Assembly (NCBI GenBank): GCA_963753035.1
Contig: CAVWAW010000010.1
Coordinates: 466,093 to 530,092, forward strand
Length of the DNA: 64,000 nt
Reading direction: 5' to 3'
DNA from: an uncultured Acidobacteriota bacterium
GTDB taxonomy: Bacteria > Acidobacteriota > Thermoanaerobaculia > Thermoanaerobaculales > Sulfomarinibacteraceae
Positions 34,803 through 44,145 of the stretch are shown here, piece by piece (within the stretch, counting starts at the first letter, position 1; each line of letters starts with the position of its first letter). Below the pieces are notes generated by a model. The model ran no database searches. It saw nothing but the letters and a program-made list of their open reading frames with translations, and was not told the DNA's origin. Both the position numbers and the translations under genes were made by a program.

Positions 34803-35247
34803 CTACATCTTGAAAATCGGTGACCGCGAGTATCGCGCCCGGGTCCGTGAAATCACCTCCGATCGGGCGACCATCGTGGTCGACGACACCACCTACGATG
34901 TCGATCTCGTCGAGATCGGTCGCCGCCCGGCATCGCCATCCATCCAGCGACCGACGACACCCGCGGCTGCCGCGGCTCCGCCGAAGGCCGTCACCCGGCC
35001 GGCCGACGAGACGCACGGTGCGGTGGCTGCTCCCTTGCCCGGTCTTATCCTCAGGCTCCAGACCAAGGAGGGGGATGTCGTTCAGGCGGGTCAGCCGTTG
35101 CTGGTGATGGAGGCCATGAAGATGGAAAACGTGGTGACCGCTCCGCACCACGGCACCGTGCGCAAGATCTTCGTCGCCGAAGGAGCCACCGTCGGCGAGG
35201 GCGACCCACTGGTCGAGATCGCACGGCCGAAAATGACGACTCTCTAG
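34795..35247 (+). CDS. Biotin carboxyl carrier subunit
   Basis: APLPG...EAMKMEN biotinylation motif. Confidence 0.92.
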   Translation: MSDYILKIGDREYRARVREITSDRATIVVDDTTYDVDLVEIGRRPASPSIQRPTTPAAAAAPPKAVTRPADETHGAVAAPLPGLILRLQTKEGDVVQAGQPLLVMEAMKMENVVTAPHHGTVRKIFVAEGATVGEGDPLVEIARPKMTTL

Positions 35248-35255
35248 GCTTCCCC

Positions 35256-37007
35256 ATGACCACGAAACGCTTCTCCCTGCTTGTATTGTTGCTCGTCGGT
35301 TGGTTGCTCATGGTCTCGGCGCCCCTCCCCGCCGCGGCCGGTCCCGACTTCGAGATCCGATTCACCGACGACTCCTATATCCGCTTGCCCGAAGGCAGCC
35401 GGTCGGGTCTCACCGCGCGGCGACCGGGCGAGGACGGCGCCATTTTGCCGCCGTCGAAAGGCACGCTCCGCAAGTGGAATGACGAGGTCGTCGGTCGATT
35501 CACCGTGATCTTCGCGGGCGAGCTCGACGCCGTGGCGAGAATCGACGAGCTGAGCACCGGAGCCCACCCTTCAGACGCCGACCACGCCGCCGTCGAGAAC
35601 CCCGAGATCGCGTTTCTCACCTTCGAAGAGCTGCCGTCGAATCGTTATTTCGCCATCATGAACGGTTGGACCGACCAGATCGTCGGTCTCGATCCCGGCG
35701 CCAAGGGCGAACTCCTCGATGAAGATGGTCAACGCGGCGCGATCTTTCGAGTGGTCGGCGTGGATGAGTTCGATGGCGTAGGCGCCGTCGCCGAGTACGA
35801 ACCTGGTGTGTTCAACAAGGACCTCCGGGCGGGCCGGCTCCACGGCTATGTGGCGCAGGTGCTTTCCGGCACCGGTTTCGCCAACCTCAGCTGGCTCAAT
35901 CTGGTGATGCTCGGGATCGGTTGCGGTTTCATCTACCTGGGCGTCGCCAAGGAGTACGAACCGTTGCTCCTGGTTCCCATCGGCTTCGGCGTTCTCATCG
36001 GCAATATTCCCTTGCCGCTGCACATCTTCAACGCCATTTCGGTCTACATGATCGACCCCGTCACCCACGAATACGCCTTCAACACGACCACCTCCTCCGT
36101 CATGGGACTCATCTATTTCGGCGTTCGCACCGGGCTCTTTCCCCCGTTGATCTTCCTCGGCATCGGCGCCCTGACCGACTTTTCCGCCCTACTGTCGAAC
36201 CCGCGCTCGGTCTTTCTCGGCGCCGCCGCCCAGGTCGGAATCTTCGTCACCTTTCTCGGCGCCATGCAGCTCGGCTTCTCGCCGGCCAACGCCGCCGCCA
36301 TCGGCATCATCGGCGGCGCCGACGGTCCCACCGCCATCTTTCTGTCATCTCGTCTGGCGCCGTCGCTGATCGGTCCCATCGCCATCGCCGCCTATTCCTA
36401 CATGGCCATGGTGCCGGTCATCCAACCTCCCATCATGAAGCTCCTCACAACCCGTAAAGAACGACTTATCCGCATGAAACCGGGCCGCACGGTCCCGAAA
36501 CGCGACAAGATCCTCTTCCCGATCGCCGGTCTGCTGGTCACGGCCCTCGTGGCGCCGGGCGGACTTCCGTTGCTCGGGATGCTCTTCTTCGGCAACCTCT
36601 TGAAGGAATCGGGGGTCACCGGGCGGCTGTCCAAGACCGCGTCGAGCGCCGTTCTCGACACCGCAACGATTCTGCTCGGGGTCGCCGTCGGGGCCTCCAC
36701 CACCGCCCAGGTCTTTCTCACCGAGCAGTCCATCCTGATCTTTGTCCTCGGGTGCGTCGCCTTCGCCATCGCCACCGCCGGTGGAGTGCTCTTCGCCAAA
36801 CTCATGAATGTCTTTTCAATCAACAAGATCAACCCGCTCATCGGCGCCGCCGGTGTCTCCGCGGTCCCGGATTCGGCGCGTGTCGTCCACCACGTCGGTC
36901 AGGAAGAAGATCCGACCAACTATCTTTTGCAACACGCCCTCGGACCCAACGTCGCCGGCGTCATCGGCTCGGCCATCGCCGCCGGTGTCTTCCTCGGCAT
37001 CTTCTGA
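35256..37007 (+). CDS. oadB: Na+-translocating decarboxylase beta subunit with long N-terminal extension
   Basis: YEPLLLVPIGFG, PPLIFLGIGALTDF, IGIIGGADGPT, AIAAYSYMA, IGAAGVSAVP, GPNVAGVIGS. Confidence 0.92.
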   Translation: MTTKRFSLLVLLLVGWLLMVSAPLPAAAGPDFEIRFTDDSYIRLPEGSRSGLTARRPGEDGAILPPSKGTLRKWNDEVVGRFTVIFAGELDAVARIDELSTGAHPSDADHAAVENPEIAFLTFEELPSNRYFAIMNGWTDQIVGLDPGAKGELLDEDGQRGAIFRVVGVDEFDGVGAVAEYEPGVFNKDLRAGRLHGYVAQVLSGTGFANLSWLNLVMLGIGCGFIYLGVAKEYEPLLLVPIGFGVLIGNIPLPLHIFNAISVYMIDPVTHEYAFNTTTSSVMGLIYFGVRTGLFPPLIFLGIGALTDFSALLSNPRSVFLGAAAQVGIFVTFLGAMQLGFSPANAAAIGIIGGADGPTAIFLSSRLAPSLIGPIAIAAYSYMAMVPVIQPPIMKLLTTRKERLIRMKPGRTVPKRDKILFPIAGLLVTALVAPGGLPLLGMLFFGNLLKESGVTGRLSKTASSAVLDTATILLGVAVGASTTAQVFLTEQSILIFVLGCVAFAIATAGGVLFAKLMNVFSINKINPLIGAAGVSAVPDSARVVHHVGQEEDPTNYLLQHALGPNVAGVIGSAIAAGVFLGIF

Positions 37008-37029
37008 GAATGCAGGACTGGAGCAGAGT

Positions 37030-37950
37030 GTGAACCAGATCATCGCCGCCATCCCCAATATCTGCGAGGGCACCGATTCGGTTTTCATCAACGAGATCAC
37101 CGACCGGCTCAGAGGGATCACCAATCTGATCCTCCTCGATGTCGCCATGGACCACGCCCGCAACCGGACGATCTTTTCATTCACCGGCACCAAGGAGGCG
37201 ATCTTCGAGGGCGGCCTCGCGCTCTACGAGCAGGCCCTCGACCGCATCGACATGCGCCACCACGTCGGCGAGTTCCCGAGGGTCGGCGCCGTCGATGTCT
37301 TCCCCTTCGTTCCCCTGAAGAACGCCACCATGAAGGAGGCCAAGGTCTGGGCGGACGAGTTCGCCGAACTCGTGGCCAAGCGATTCAACCTCCCCGTCTA
37401 CCTCTACGCCGAGTCCGCCCGCTATCGTTACCGGCGCGACATCGACAACATCCGTCAGGGCGAGTACGAGGGCCTCGAGGCCAAGATGCAGGATCAGCGC
37501 TGGAAACCCGATCTGGGACCCGATCGTTTTCCCGCCGCATCGGGAGTCACCATCATCGGCGCCCGTTATCCGCTGCTCAGCTTCAACGTCTTTCTCGGCA
37601 GCCGGGACGAGTCCATCGCCCATGCCGTGGCCCACGAGATCGCCGACACCTCGGGCGGCATCGTCCGCGCCCACGGCGCCCTCGATCCCGCCACCGACCG
37701 AGCGATGTTGTCGGTGGCCATCACCAACTTCAAGGCGTCGCCGCTCTATCGGACCGTGGAGAACATCCGTCTCGAGGCCGCCCGCTACGGTGTCGATATC
37801 CGCCGGATCGAGCTCATCGGTCTGATCCCGGAGCGCGTTCTCATCGAGGCTGCCGAGTACTACCTCAGGATCCACGGTTTCGACCACAAGAACCTGCTCG
37901 AGAAGAACATCCAGCGGCATATCGACAAGAGTTTCACGTTTGGGGAGTAG
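37030..37950 (+). CDS. ftcD: Glutamate formiminotransferase-like protein (divergent active site)
   Basis: IPNICEG, IDMRHHVGEFPRVGAVDVFPFVP, LPVYLY, IRQGEYEGL, PDLGP, GAR. Confidence 0.8.
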   Translation: MNQIIAAIPNICEGTDSVFINEITDRLRGITNLILLDVAMDHARNRTIFSFTGTKEAIFEGGLALYEQALDRIDMRHHVGEFPRVGAVDVFPFVPLKNATMKEAKVWADEFAELVAKRFNLPVYLYAESARYRYRRDIDNIRQGEYEGLEAKMQDQRWKPDLGPDRFPAASGVTIIGARYPLLSFNVFLGSRDESIAHAVAHEIADTSGGIVRAHGALDPATDRAMLSVAITNFKASPLYRTVENIRLEAARYGVDIRRIELIGLIPERVLIEAAEYYLRIHGFDHKNLLEKNIQRHIDKSFTFGE

Positions 37951-37970
37951 GCCCTCTCATCCCGGCAACG

Positions 37971-38044
37971 CGATGGGAGCGGATGCCAGGCACACAACTT
38001 TGTTCGCGGCGAACAAAGGTTGGAGCCAGGCACCGATCCCGCGA
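37971..38044. repeat. ~72-bp palindromic element, copy 1
   Basis: gccaggcac-acaactttgttcgcggcgaacaaaggttg-gagccaggcac; second copy at 39525-39595. Confidence 0.8.
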
Positions 38045-38115
38045 TACCGAATCGCCGCTGGACCGAGGTACAATCTCGCCGCTCAGTAACACATCGACTC
38101 TCCGGAGGATTCTGA

Positions 38116-39639
38116 ATGCCAAACGTCACCCGCACCATGGCCGAGTGGGCCGCATCCGTGAACTACGAGGATCTGCCGGCCGAGGTCGTGACCGAAGCCA
38201 AGCGCTTTCTCATGGACTCCGTGGGTTGCGCCCTGGGCGGCGCCCAGCAGCACGACGTCCACATCGCCCGAGAGGTCCTCGGCGAGTGCGCCGGATCGGG
38301 CGACGCCACGGTGCTCGTCACCGGCGAAAAATGGGATCCGGTCTCGGCATCGTTGCTCAACGCGCTCATGATCCGGGTGATGGACTACAACGACATCTAC
38401 TGGAAACAGGATCCGTCGCACCCGTCGGACATCATCCCGGCCGCCATGGCCGCCGCCGAACGCGGCGGGCCGATCGGGCCGCGATCTCCTGGTCGGCATC
38501 GCGCTGGCCTACGAGTTCGAGCAGCGTCTGTGCGAGGTGAGCTTTCCGGGCGTCCGCGAGATCGGCTGGCACCACGCCACCCTGACCGCCGCCGCCTCGC
38601 CCATCGTCGCCGGCCGGATGCTCGGTCTCACCGCCGAGCAGATCCAGCACGCCATCGGCATCTCGGCCTCGCGCCACTGCACCACGGGATCGGTGACCGC
38701 CGGCAAGCTCACCATGATGAAGAACACCGTCGACCCCATGGCGACCCAGTCCGGGGTCATCGCCGCGCTCCTCGCCGAGAAGGGCTACACCGGGCCCGAG
38801 CACGTCCTCGACGGCAAGGAGGGTTTCAGCCACGTCTTCTCGACCGAGTGGAAGTTCCCGATTCTCACCGACGGTCTCGGTGAGAGCTGGCGGATCCTCC
38901 AGTGCGGAATGAAGTTCTTCCCCACCGAGGCTCTGACCCACGCGCCCATCTCGGCCACCCTGGATCTCGTCAATGGACAACGATCTGGCGGCAGACGAGG
39001 TCGAGACGGTCACCATCTATTCGCTGGCGCGGGCGGCCGACATCCTCGCCGACCCATCCAAATACGATCCCCGCACCAAGGAGACCGCCGACCACTCCCT
39101 GCCCTATGTCATCGCCGCAGCGGTGGCCGACCGGCAGGTGACGCCGCTCCAGTTCACCGACGCCAAGATCATGGACGAGAAGATCCGCGCCCAACTGCCC
39201 AAGGTCAAGGTCATCGCCGACCCCGAGATCGAGGCGGTCTTCCCCGAACTCCAGCGGGTGCGGGTGGTGATCAGAACCACCGACGGCCGCGAGGTCGACA
39301 AGAGAACTCGACTACCCCAAGGGCGATCCTCGCAATCCGCTGACCAACGACGAGATCTCGGGCAAGTTCAAGGCCCTCGCCGAGGGCATCGCCACCGCCG
39401 AAGACGTCGAGCGGATGCAGGCGGCGATCAATCGGACGGAGGAGTTCGACGATGTACGGGAGTTGATGGGACAGTTGACAGTGTGCACCGTGATAGATCA
39501 GATCACGAGAGCTCCGCGGGAAGGCGATGGGACGGGAGCCAGGCACGCAACTTTGTTCGCGGCGAACAAAGTTGGAGCCAGGCACCCAGTCGCGACGGAA
39601 AGGACAGGAGGGCGAAGGAATGCCACAGACGATCACTGA
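38116..39639 (+). CDS. prpD: MmgE/PrpD family protein (frameshifted; 3' end uncertain, ~39495-39639)
   Basis: DSVGCALG, RVMDYND, HPSD, GWHHAT, MKFFPTEALTH, TKETADHSLPY, YPKGDPRNPL. Confidence 0.85.
39525..39595. repeat. ~72-bp palindromic element, copy 2
   Basis: caactttgttcgc-g-gcgaacaaagttg flanked by gccaggcac direct repeats. Confidence 0.8.
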
Positions 39640-41563
39640 GAAGGTAGTTCAGGCGCACGCGGTCGGCTTGCCCGATGGCGCCGAGGTGCTCGCGGGCGAC
39701 ATGGTCACGGTCCGCCCCGCGCATGTGATGACCCACGACAACACCGGGGCGGTGCTGCCAAAGTTCCGCACCATCGGCGCGGAGCACGTGGCGGATCCCC
39801 GGCAGCCGGTCTTCGCCCTCGACCACAACGTCCAGGACCGGACCGAAGCCAACCTCGAGAAGTACGCCAAGATCGAGGCGTTCGCCCGCGAAGAGGGGAT
39901 CGTCTTCCACCCGGCGGGGGCCGGGATCGGCCACCAACTCATGATCGAGAACGGCTTTGTCCACCCTGGCGCACTGGTCGTCGCCTCGGACTCCCACTCC
40001 AATATGTACGGCGCGGTAGGCGCCGTCGGGACCCCGGTCGTGCGCACCGACGCCGCCGCCATCTGGGCGACCGGCGTCTCCTGGTGGCAGGTGCCGCGGT
40101 CGGTCAAGGTCGTGCTCGATGGCAAGCTCCGGGCGGGAGTCACCGGCAAGGATGTCATCATCACCCTCTGCGGGCTCTACAACTCGGGCGAGGTGCTCAA
40201 CGCCGCGGTGGAGTTCCACGGCCCCGGTGTCGCAACTCTGTCCATGGACGACCGGATGACGATCTCCAATATGACCACCGAATGGGGGGCGTTGGTCGGA
40301 TGGTTCGGTTACGACGAGACGACCTCGCACTATCTGCGCGGACGCGCCGCAGTCCTCGAACTCCTCGAGATCGAGGACCGCCTCACCGGTGAAATGATCG
40401 CTGAGTGGGACGCCAACCCGCCGCTTCCGGACGAAGACGCCGCCTACGCCGCCGAGATCGTCCTCGATCTGCGAAAGGTCTCACCCCATGTCGCCGGGCC
40501 CGACAGTGTCAGCGTCATCCGGTCGGTGGCCGATATCGCGGAAGAGAGGCTGCCGATTCAAAAGGCGTATCTTCTGTCGTGCGTCAACTCCCGCCTCGAC
40601 GATCTCGCCGAGGCAGCCGACGTGCTCCGCGGCCGCAGAGTCGCCGATGAGGTCGAGCTCTACGTCGCTGCCGCCTCGGAATCGGTCCAGACCGAGGCCG
40701 AAGCCAAGGGGATCTGGCGGGATCTGATCAAGGCGGGAGCGCGGGCGCTGCCCCCCGGCTGCGGCGCCTGCATCGGTCTCGGGGTCGGGCTGCTCGAGGC
40801 CGGCGAGGTGGGGATCTCGGCGACCAACCGCAACTTCAAGGGGCGGATGGGTTCACGCGACGCCGAGGCCTATCTGGCCAGCCCGAGCGTGGTCGCGGCA
40901 TCGGCGCTGGCCGGGTTCATCACCGGTCCCGACGATTTCGGTTCGTCGCTGCCAAAATACAATTTCACCGATCTCGGCTGGACGCCGCCGGCTCGGGAGG
41001 TAGCCATCCTCGACGGCTTCCCCGAACGCATGGAGGGACGCGTCCTTCTGCTGCCCGTGGATAGCCTCAACACCGATGGAATTTACGGCAAGGACGTCAC
41101 CTACCGCGACGATCTCACCCCCGATCAGATGGCGGGCTACGCCATGGCTAACTACGACCCCGCCTTCCAGGAGGTCGCGGCCGAGGGCGACATACTCGTT
41201 GCCGGACGCAACTTCGGCACCGGCTCCTCGCGCGAGCAGGCCGCCACCGCGCTCAAATACCGTGGCATCCGCATGGTCATCGCGGCGAGCTTCTCCCAGA
41301 CCTATCTCAGGAACGCGTTCAACAACGCCTTTGTCTGCATCGAGTCACCCGCGCTGGCGAAGGCGATCCTCGCCGCATTCGATGCCGAAGCCAAGGCGGG
41401 AACCAAGACGATTCCGGCCGGCGGTCTGGCAGTGGACTTCAAACGGGCAATCGCCACCTGGAACAACGAGGAGTACAAGCTCTCCCCGGTTGGTCCCGCA
41501 GCCCAGGAACTGATCCTCGCCGGAGGGCTCGAGGCGCTGACAAAGGCGCGGCTGAGGGGGTAA
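39620..41563 (+). CDS. Fused aconitase-family hydro-lyase (homoaconitase Lys4/LysF-like)
   Basis: MTHDNT, LDH, GIGHQ, SDSHSNMYG, SCVNSR, PGCGACIGLG, SATNRNFKGRMG; swivel domain NTDGIY and NFGTGSSREQA in the same ORF. Confidence 0.88.
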   Translation: MPQTITEKVVQAHAVGLPDGAEVLAGDMVTVRPAHVMTHDNTGAVLPKFRTIGAEHVADPRQPVFALDHNVQDRTEANLEKYAKIEAFAREEGIVFHPAGAGIGHQLMIENGFVHPGALVVASDSHSNMYGAVGAVGTPVVRTDAAAIWATGVSWWQVPRSVKVVLDGKLRAGVTGKDVIITLCGLYNSGEVLNAAVEFHGPGVATLSMDDRMTISNMTTEWGALVGWFGYDETTSHYLRGRAAVLELLEIEDRLTGEMIAEWDANPPLPDEDAAYAAEIVLDLRKVSPHVAGPDSVSVIRSVADIAEERLPIQKAYLLSCVNSRLDDLAEAADVLRGRRVADEVELYVAAASESVQTEAEAKGIWRDLIKAGARALPPGCGACIGLGVGLLEAGEVGISATNRNFKGRMGSRDAEAYLASPSVVAASALAGFITGPDDFGSSLPKYNFTDLGWTPPAREVAILDGFPERMEGRVLLLPVDSLNTDGIYGKDVTYRDDLTPDQMAGYAMANYDPAFQEVAAEGDILVAGRNFGTGSSREQAATALKYRGIRMVIAASFSQTYLRNAFNNAFVCIESPALAKAILAAFDAEAKAGTKTIPAGGLAVDFKRAIATWNNEEYKLSPVGPAAQELILAGGLEALTKARLRG

Positions 41564-41816
41564 TCCCGCCACCTCGGGGTGCCGGGCACGCCATTGTGCC
41601 GGAACGAACCCCCGGCACCGCGACACGCTGCGCACAATGGCGCTGCCGGGCTCCCCCGGGAGGCGCGATCCGGTCTGCTCTCCCGGCTACGAGGCAGGCC
41701 GCCGGCGTGCCATCGGCGTGGTCGCAGCCCTCTCAATCAACCCACGCGCGACCACCCCGATGGTGCGACGCTGGGTCGCCGGGACGCCAATGCGTCCCAG
41801 CGGCCCAGAAGGCCGG
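41564..41816 (+). repeat. ~270-nt structured repeat, copy I (5'-trimmed)
   Basis: Starts at the aconitase stop codon; stem variant cacgccattgtgc/gcacaatggcgctg; ends cccagaaggccgg. Confidence 0.88.
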
Positions 41817-41888
41817 GGCTGTGAACAAAAGACGGGCCGGCCGGCGTGCGTCAAACCGACCGGCCCGGGGGGAGTGAGGAGTAGGGGG

Positions 41889-42224
41889 CTACTCCTCTTG
41901 GAGGATGACCATTTCAACGTCGCGCGGCCCGGCGAAGGTGATCTGGACAGTCACATCGCCATCGAGCATGGACGCATATATCAGTAAGTCGTCTTCGATC
42001 ATGCGCTCGACGGACACGAGGGTCACTTGGTCGATCGAAATCTCGGTCATGCCGCTGCCGAGATCGTCCAGGGTCATCTCGCCGTGTGGCGTGTCCGCGA
42101 CCAGGGCGTCAATCATTGCGTAGATGTCTTCATCGACGATCCCGGCCGCCGCATGGTGGGCAACGGCAACCGCTGCCACGGTGAGAACAAGAAATACAGT
42201 GACGAGAGCAACAAATTTCTTCAC
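41889..42224 (-). CDS. Small acidic secreted hypothetical protein
   Basis: GGAGG RBS, GTG start, Sec signal ending AVA then HH. Confidence 0.7.
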   Translation of the reverse strand: MKKFVALVTVFLVLTVAAVAVAHHAAAGIVDEDIYAMIDALVADTPHGEMTLDDLGSGMTEISIDQVTLVSVERMIEDDLLIYASMLDGDVTVQITFAGPRDVEMVILQEE

Positions 42225-42576
42225 GATGGACCTCCATTTTCCAACCGTTGGAGTGCTCGGAGCGCAGATCCTGATGCAACCGACGCGACAAACCTACGAT
42301 CCGAACGATTGGTTTCTTCCCACCGTTGAGCAAGATCGGGGCCAACCCGCCGCCTGGTGGCGATACCGCCGTTTGTTGGGTCTTTCTTGATTTTGAATCT
42401 CGGACGCGTGTCAGTTCGCCCCAAGGGGTGTGGCGATCCGTCCCCCTCATCTATCACCGCGAAGACGCACGCCGATCATTGGTGTCGAGCAGCTATCGCC
42501 TCTCTCGTGACCTCGGATGCGCAACGCGAATCCGCATCGGCAATGGGCCCGAAGAGACGAACCGGCGCTCTGCGCT

Positions 42577-43485
42577 CTACCAACCCCCTGATGCGCCACC
42601 GCCGCCGAAGCTGCCGCCGCCGCCCGAGAATCCCCCGCCGCCCGAAAATCCGCCACCCCCGCTCCACCCGCCGCCGCCCGACGACGTCCAGGTGGTCCAC
42701 TTGGGATTGGAGGTGCGGAACTCCTTACCCGCCAGGGTGTGCCAGATCAACAGACGCAAGATGGGGAATCCGATCAACCATACCGCGACGATGATCATGG
42801 CCCATTTGGGTCCGAGAACGGCCCCGGGGAAGGCGAAGAAGAACGGCACCAGGAAAAGGTAGAGAAACCAGGCCCCACCGCCCTTGGTGAACAGTGCAGA
42901 AAGAGTGAAGACGCTCATGACGCTGAAGAAAATCACCGCCATGACGAGGAGGGGCATCGCTTCAGAGGAGCCGATGGCTGTGTCAGGCAGCGCCGCCGAT
43001 GCTTCCGGATCACCCCGGACGAGACCGGAGATCATCTCGACTGCCCGCTGCGTCCCGCCCGAAAAATCTCCCTCACGGAAGGCCGGCTTCATGGCGTTGT
43101 CGATGATGCGGCCGCACAGAGCGTCGGGGAGGACGCCCTCGAGCCCGTAACCAACCTCGATGCGGATCTTTCGGTCATCGCGGGCGATGAGGATCAACAC
43201 ACCGTTGTCCCGATCCTCCCGACCGAGCTTCCACGCCTCGACTACCCGTATGGAGTAATCCTCGAGGGGCTGTCCTTCGAGGCTCGGGATGGTGAGCACC
43301 GCGACCTGAGCGCCGTTCTCCTGCTCCAGTCGTTCGGACTCGGCCGCCATCGCAGCGACCGCGGTGGATGAGAAAATCCCCGCAAGATCCATGACCCGAC
43401 CTTCGAGTTTGGGGACCTCCAGCGCGAAGCACGACAGCGCCGCGGCCATGATCACGACACAGACGACAAACCGACGGGCCGTCAT
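42577..43485 (-). CDS. TPM domain (YgcG-like) protein with Gly-rich tail
   Basis: GRVMDLAG, QVAVLTIPSL, DNGVLILIA, RIEVGYGLEG, GGGSFGGGGASGGW. Confidence 0.92.
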   Translation of the reverse strand: MTARRFVVCVVIMAAALSCFALEVPKLEGRVMDLAGIFSSTAVAAMAAESERLEQENGAQVAVLTIPSLEGQPLEDYSIRVVEAWKLGREDRDNGVLILIARDDRKIRIEVGYGLEGVLPDALCGRIIDNAMKPAFREGDFSGGTQRAVEMISGLVRGDPEASAALPDTAIGSSEAMPLLVMAVIFFSVMSVFTLSALFTKGGGAWFLYLFLVPFFFAFPGAVLGPKWAMIIVAVWLIGFPILRLLIWHTLAGKEFRTSNPKWTTWTSSGGGGWSGGGGFSGGGGFSGGGGSFGGGGASGGW

Positions 43486-44142
43486 CGTTGTTGAATCCGA
43501 AGCTCGTTGGGAAGCTCGTCGGTGTCATCCGGACCGAATCTCCAGCCGGTGTTCCGCCAGCAACCGACCGCATTCAGCGATGGCTCCGATGAGAGCCTCG
43601 GCCGGTTTTCGCGCTCGGATGCCTGCGATCACATCTTCGACCACGTGGTCCCACGCCCCCTCGGGCACGGCGCGGTTGATCCCGGCATCCCCCATGACCA
43701 CGACCTGGTGTTCGAAAACGGCGACAAAGATCAGGATTCCGGTCCGATCGCGGGTGGCAAAGACCTCCTCCTCGAGAAAGCAGCGCTCCGCACGTTGACG
43801 CGATCGGAATTCGAGTGTCGAACCGCCGATCGCCCACCGACGAACGCCATCGGAGATCCGGGCCAGCAGGGCCGCGGCCACGGCGCAGACGAGGAGAGGA
43901 AGAACGACCCAAAGCCAGAGAGATCCGCCCCAGAATCCTCCGAGATAGTGCACGGCGACCCCGCCGGCCATTCCGGTCAGCGCGCCGAGAACGGCCGCCT
44001 TCCAGCCGGCCTCGGGGTAGTCATCGCAAACCCCCACTACAAAGGGGACGATCTCGCCCGAAGTGCTGCCTTCTGCGGTCCGAGCCGCCTCGGCGATGGC
44101 GCGCCGATCGGCTTCGGTGAAGAGTGAATCGAGATCCGGCAC
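43482..44142 (-). CDS. TPM domain membrane protein (frameshift near 3' end)
   Basis: AEGSTSGEI, TRDRTGILIF, GDAGIN; the alternative frame gives DDTDELPNELR ending in an ATGA overlap. Confidence 0.88.
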
Positions 44143-44145
44143 GGA

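Noticed and set aside
42590-42690. (ccg)n-rich tract as a microsatellite
   Set aside because: It encodes the normal Gly-rich C-terminus of the TPM protein on the minus strand.
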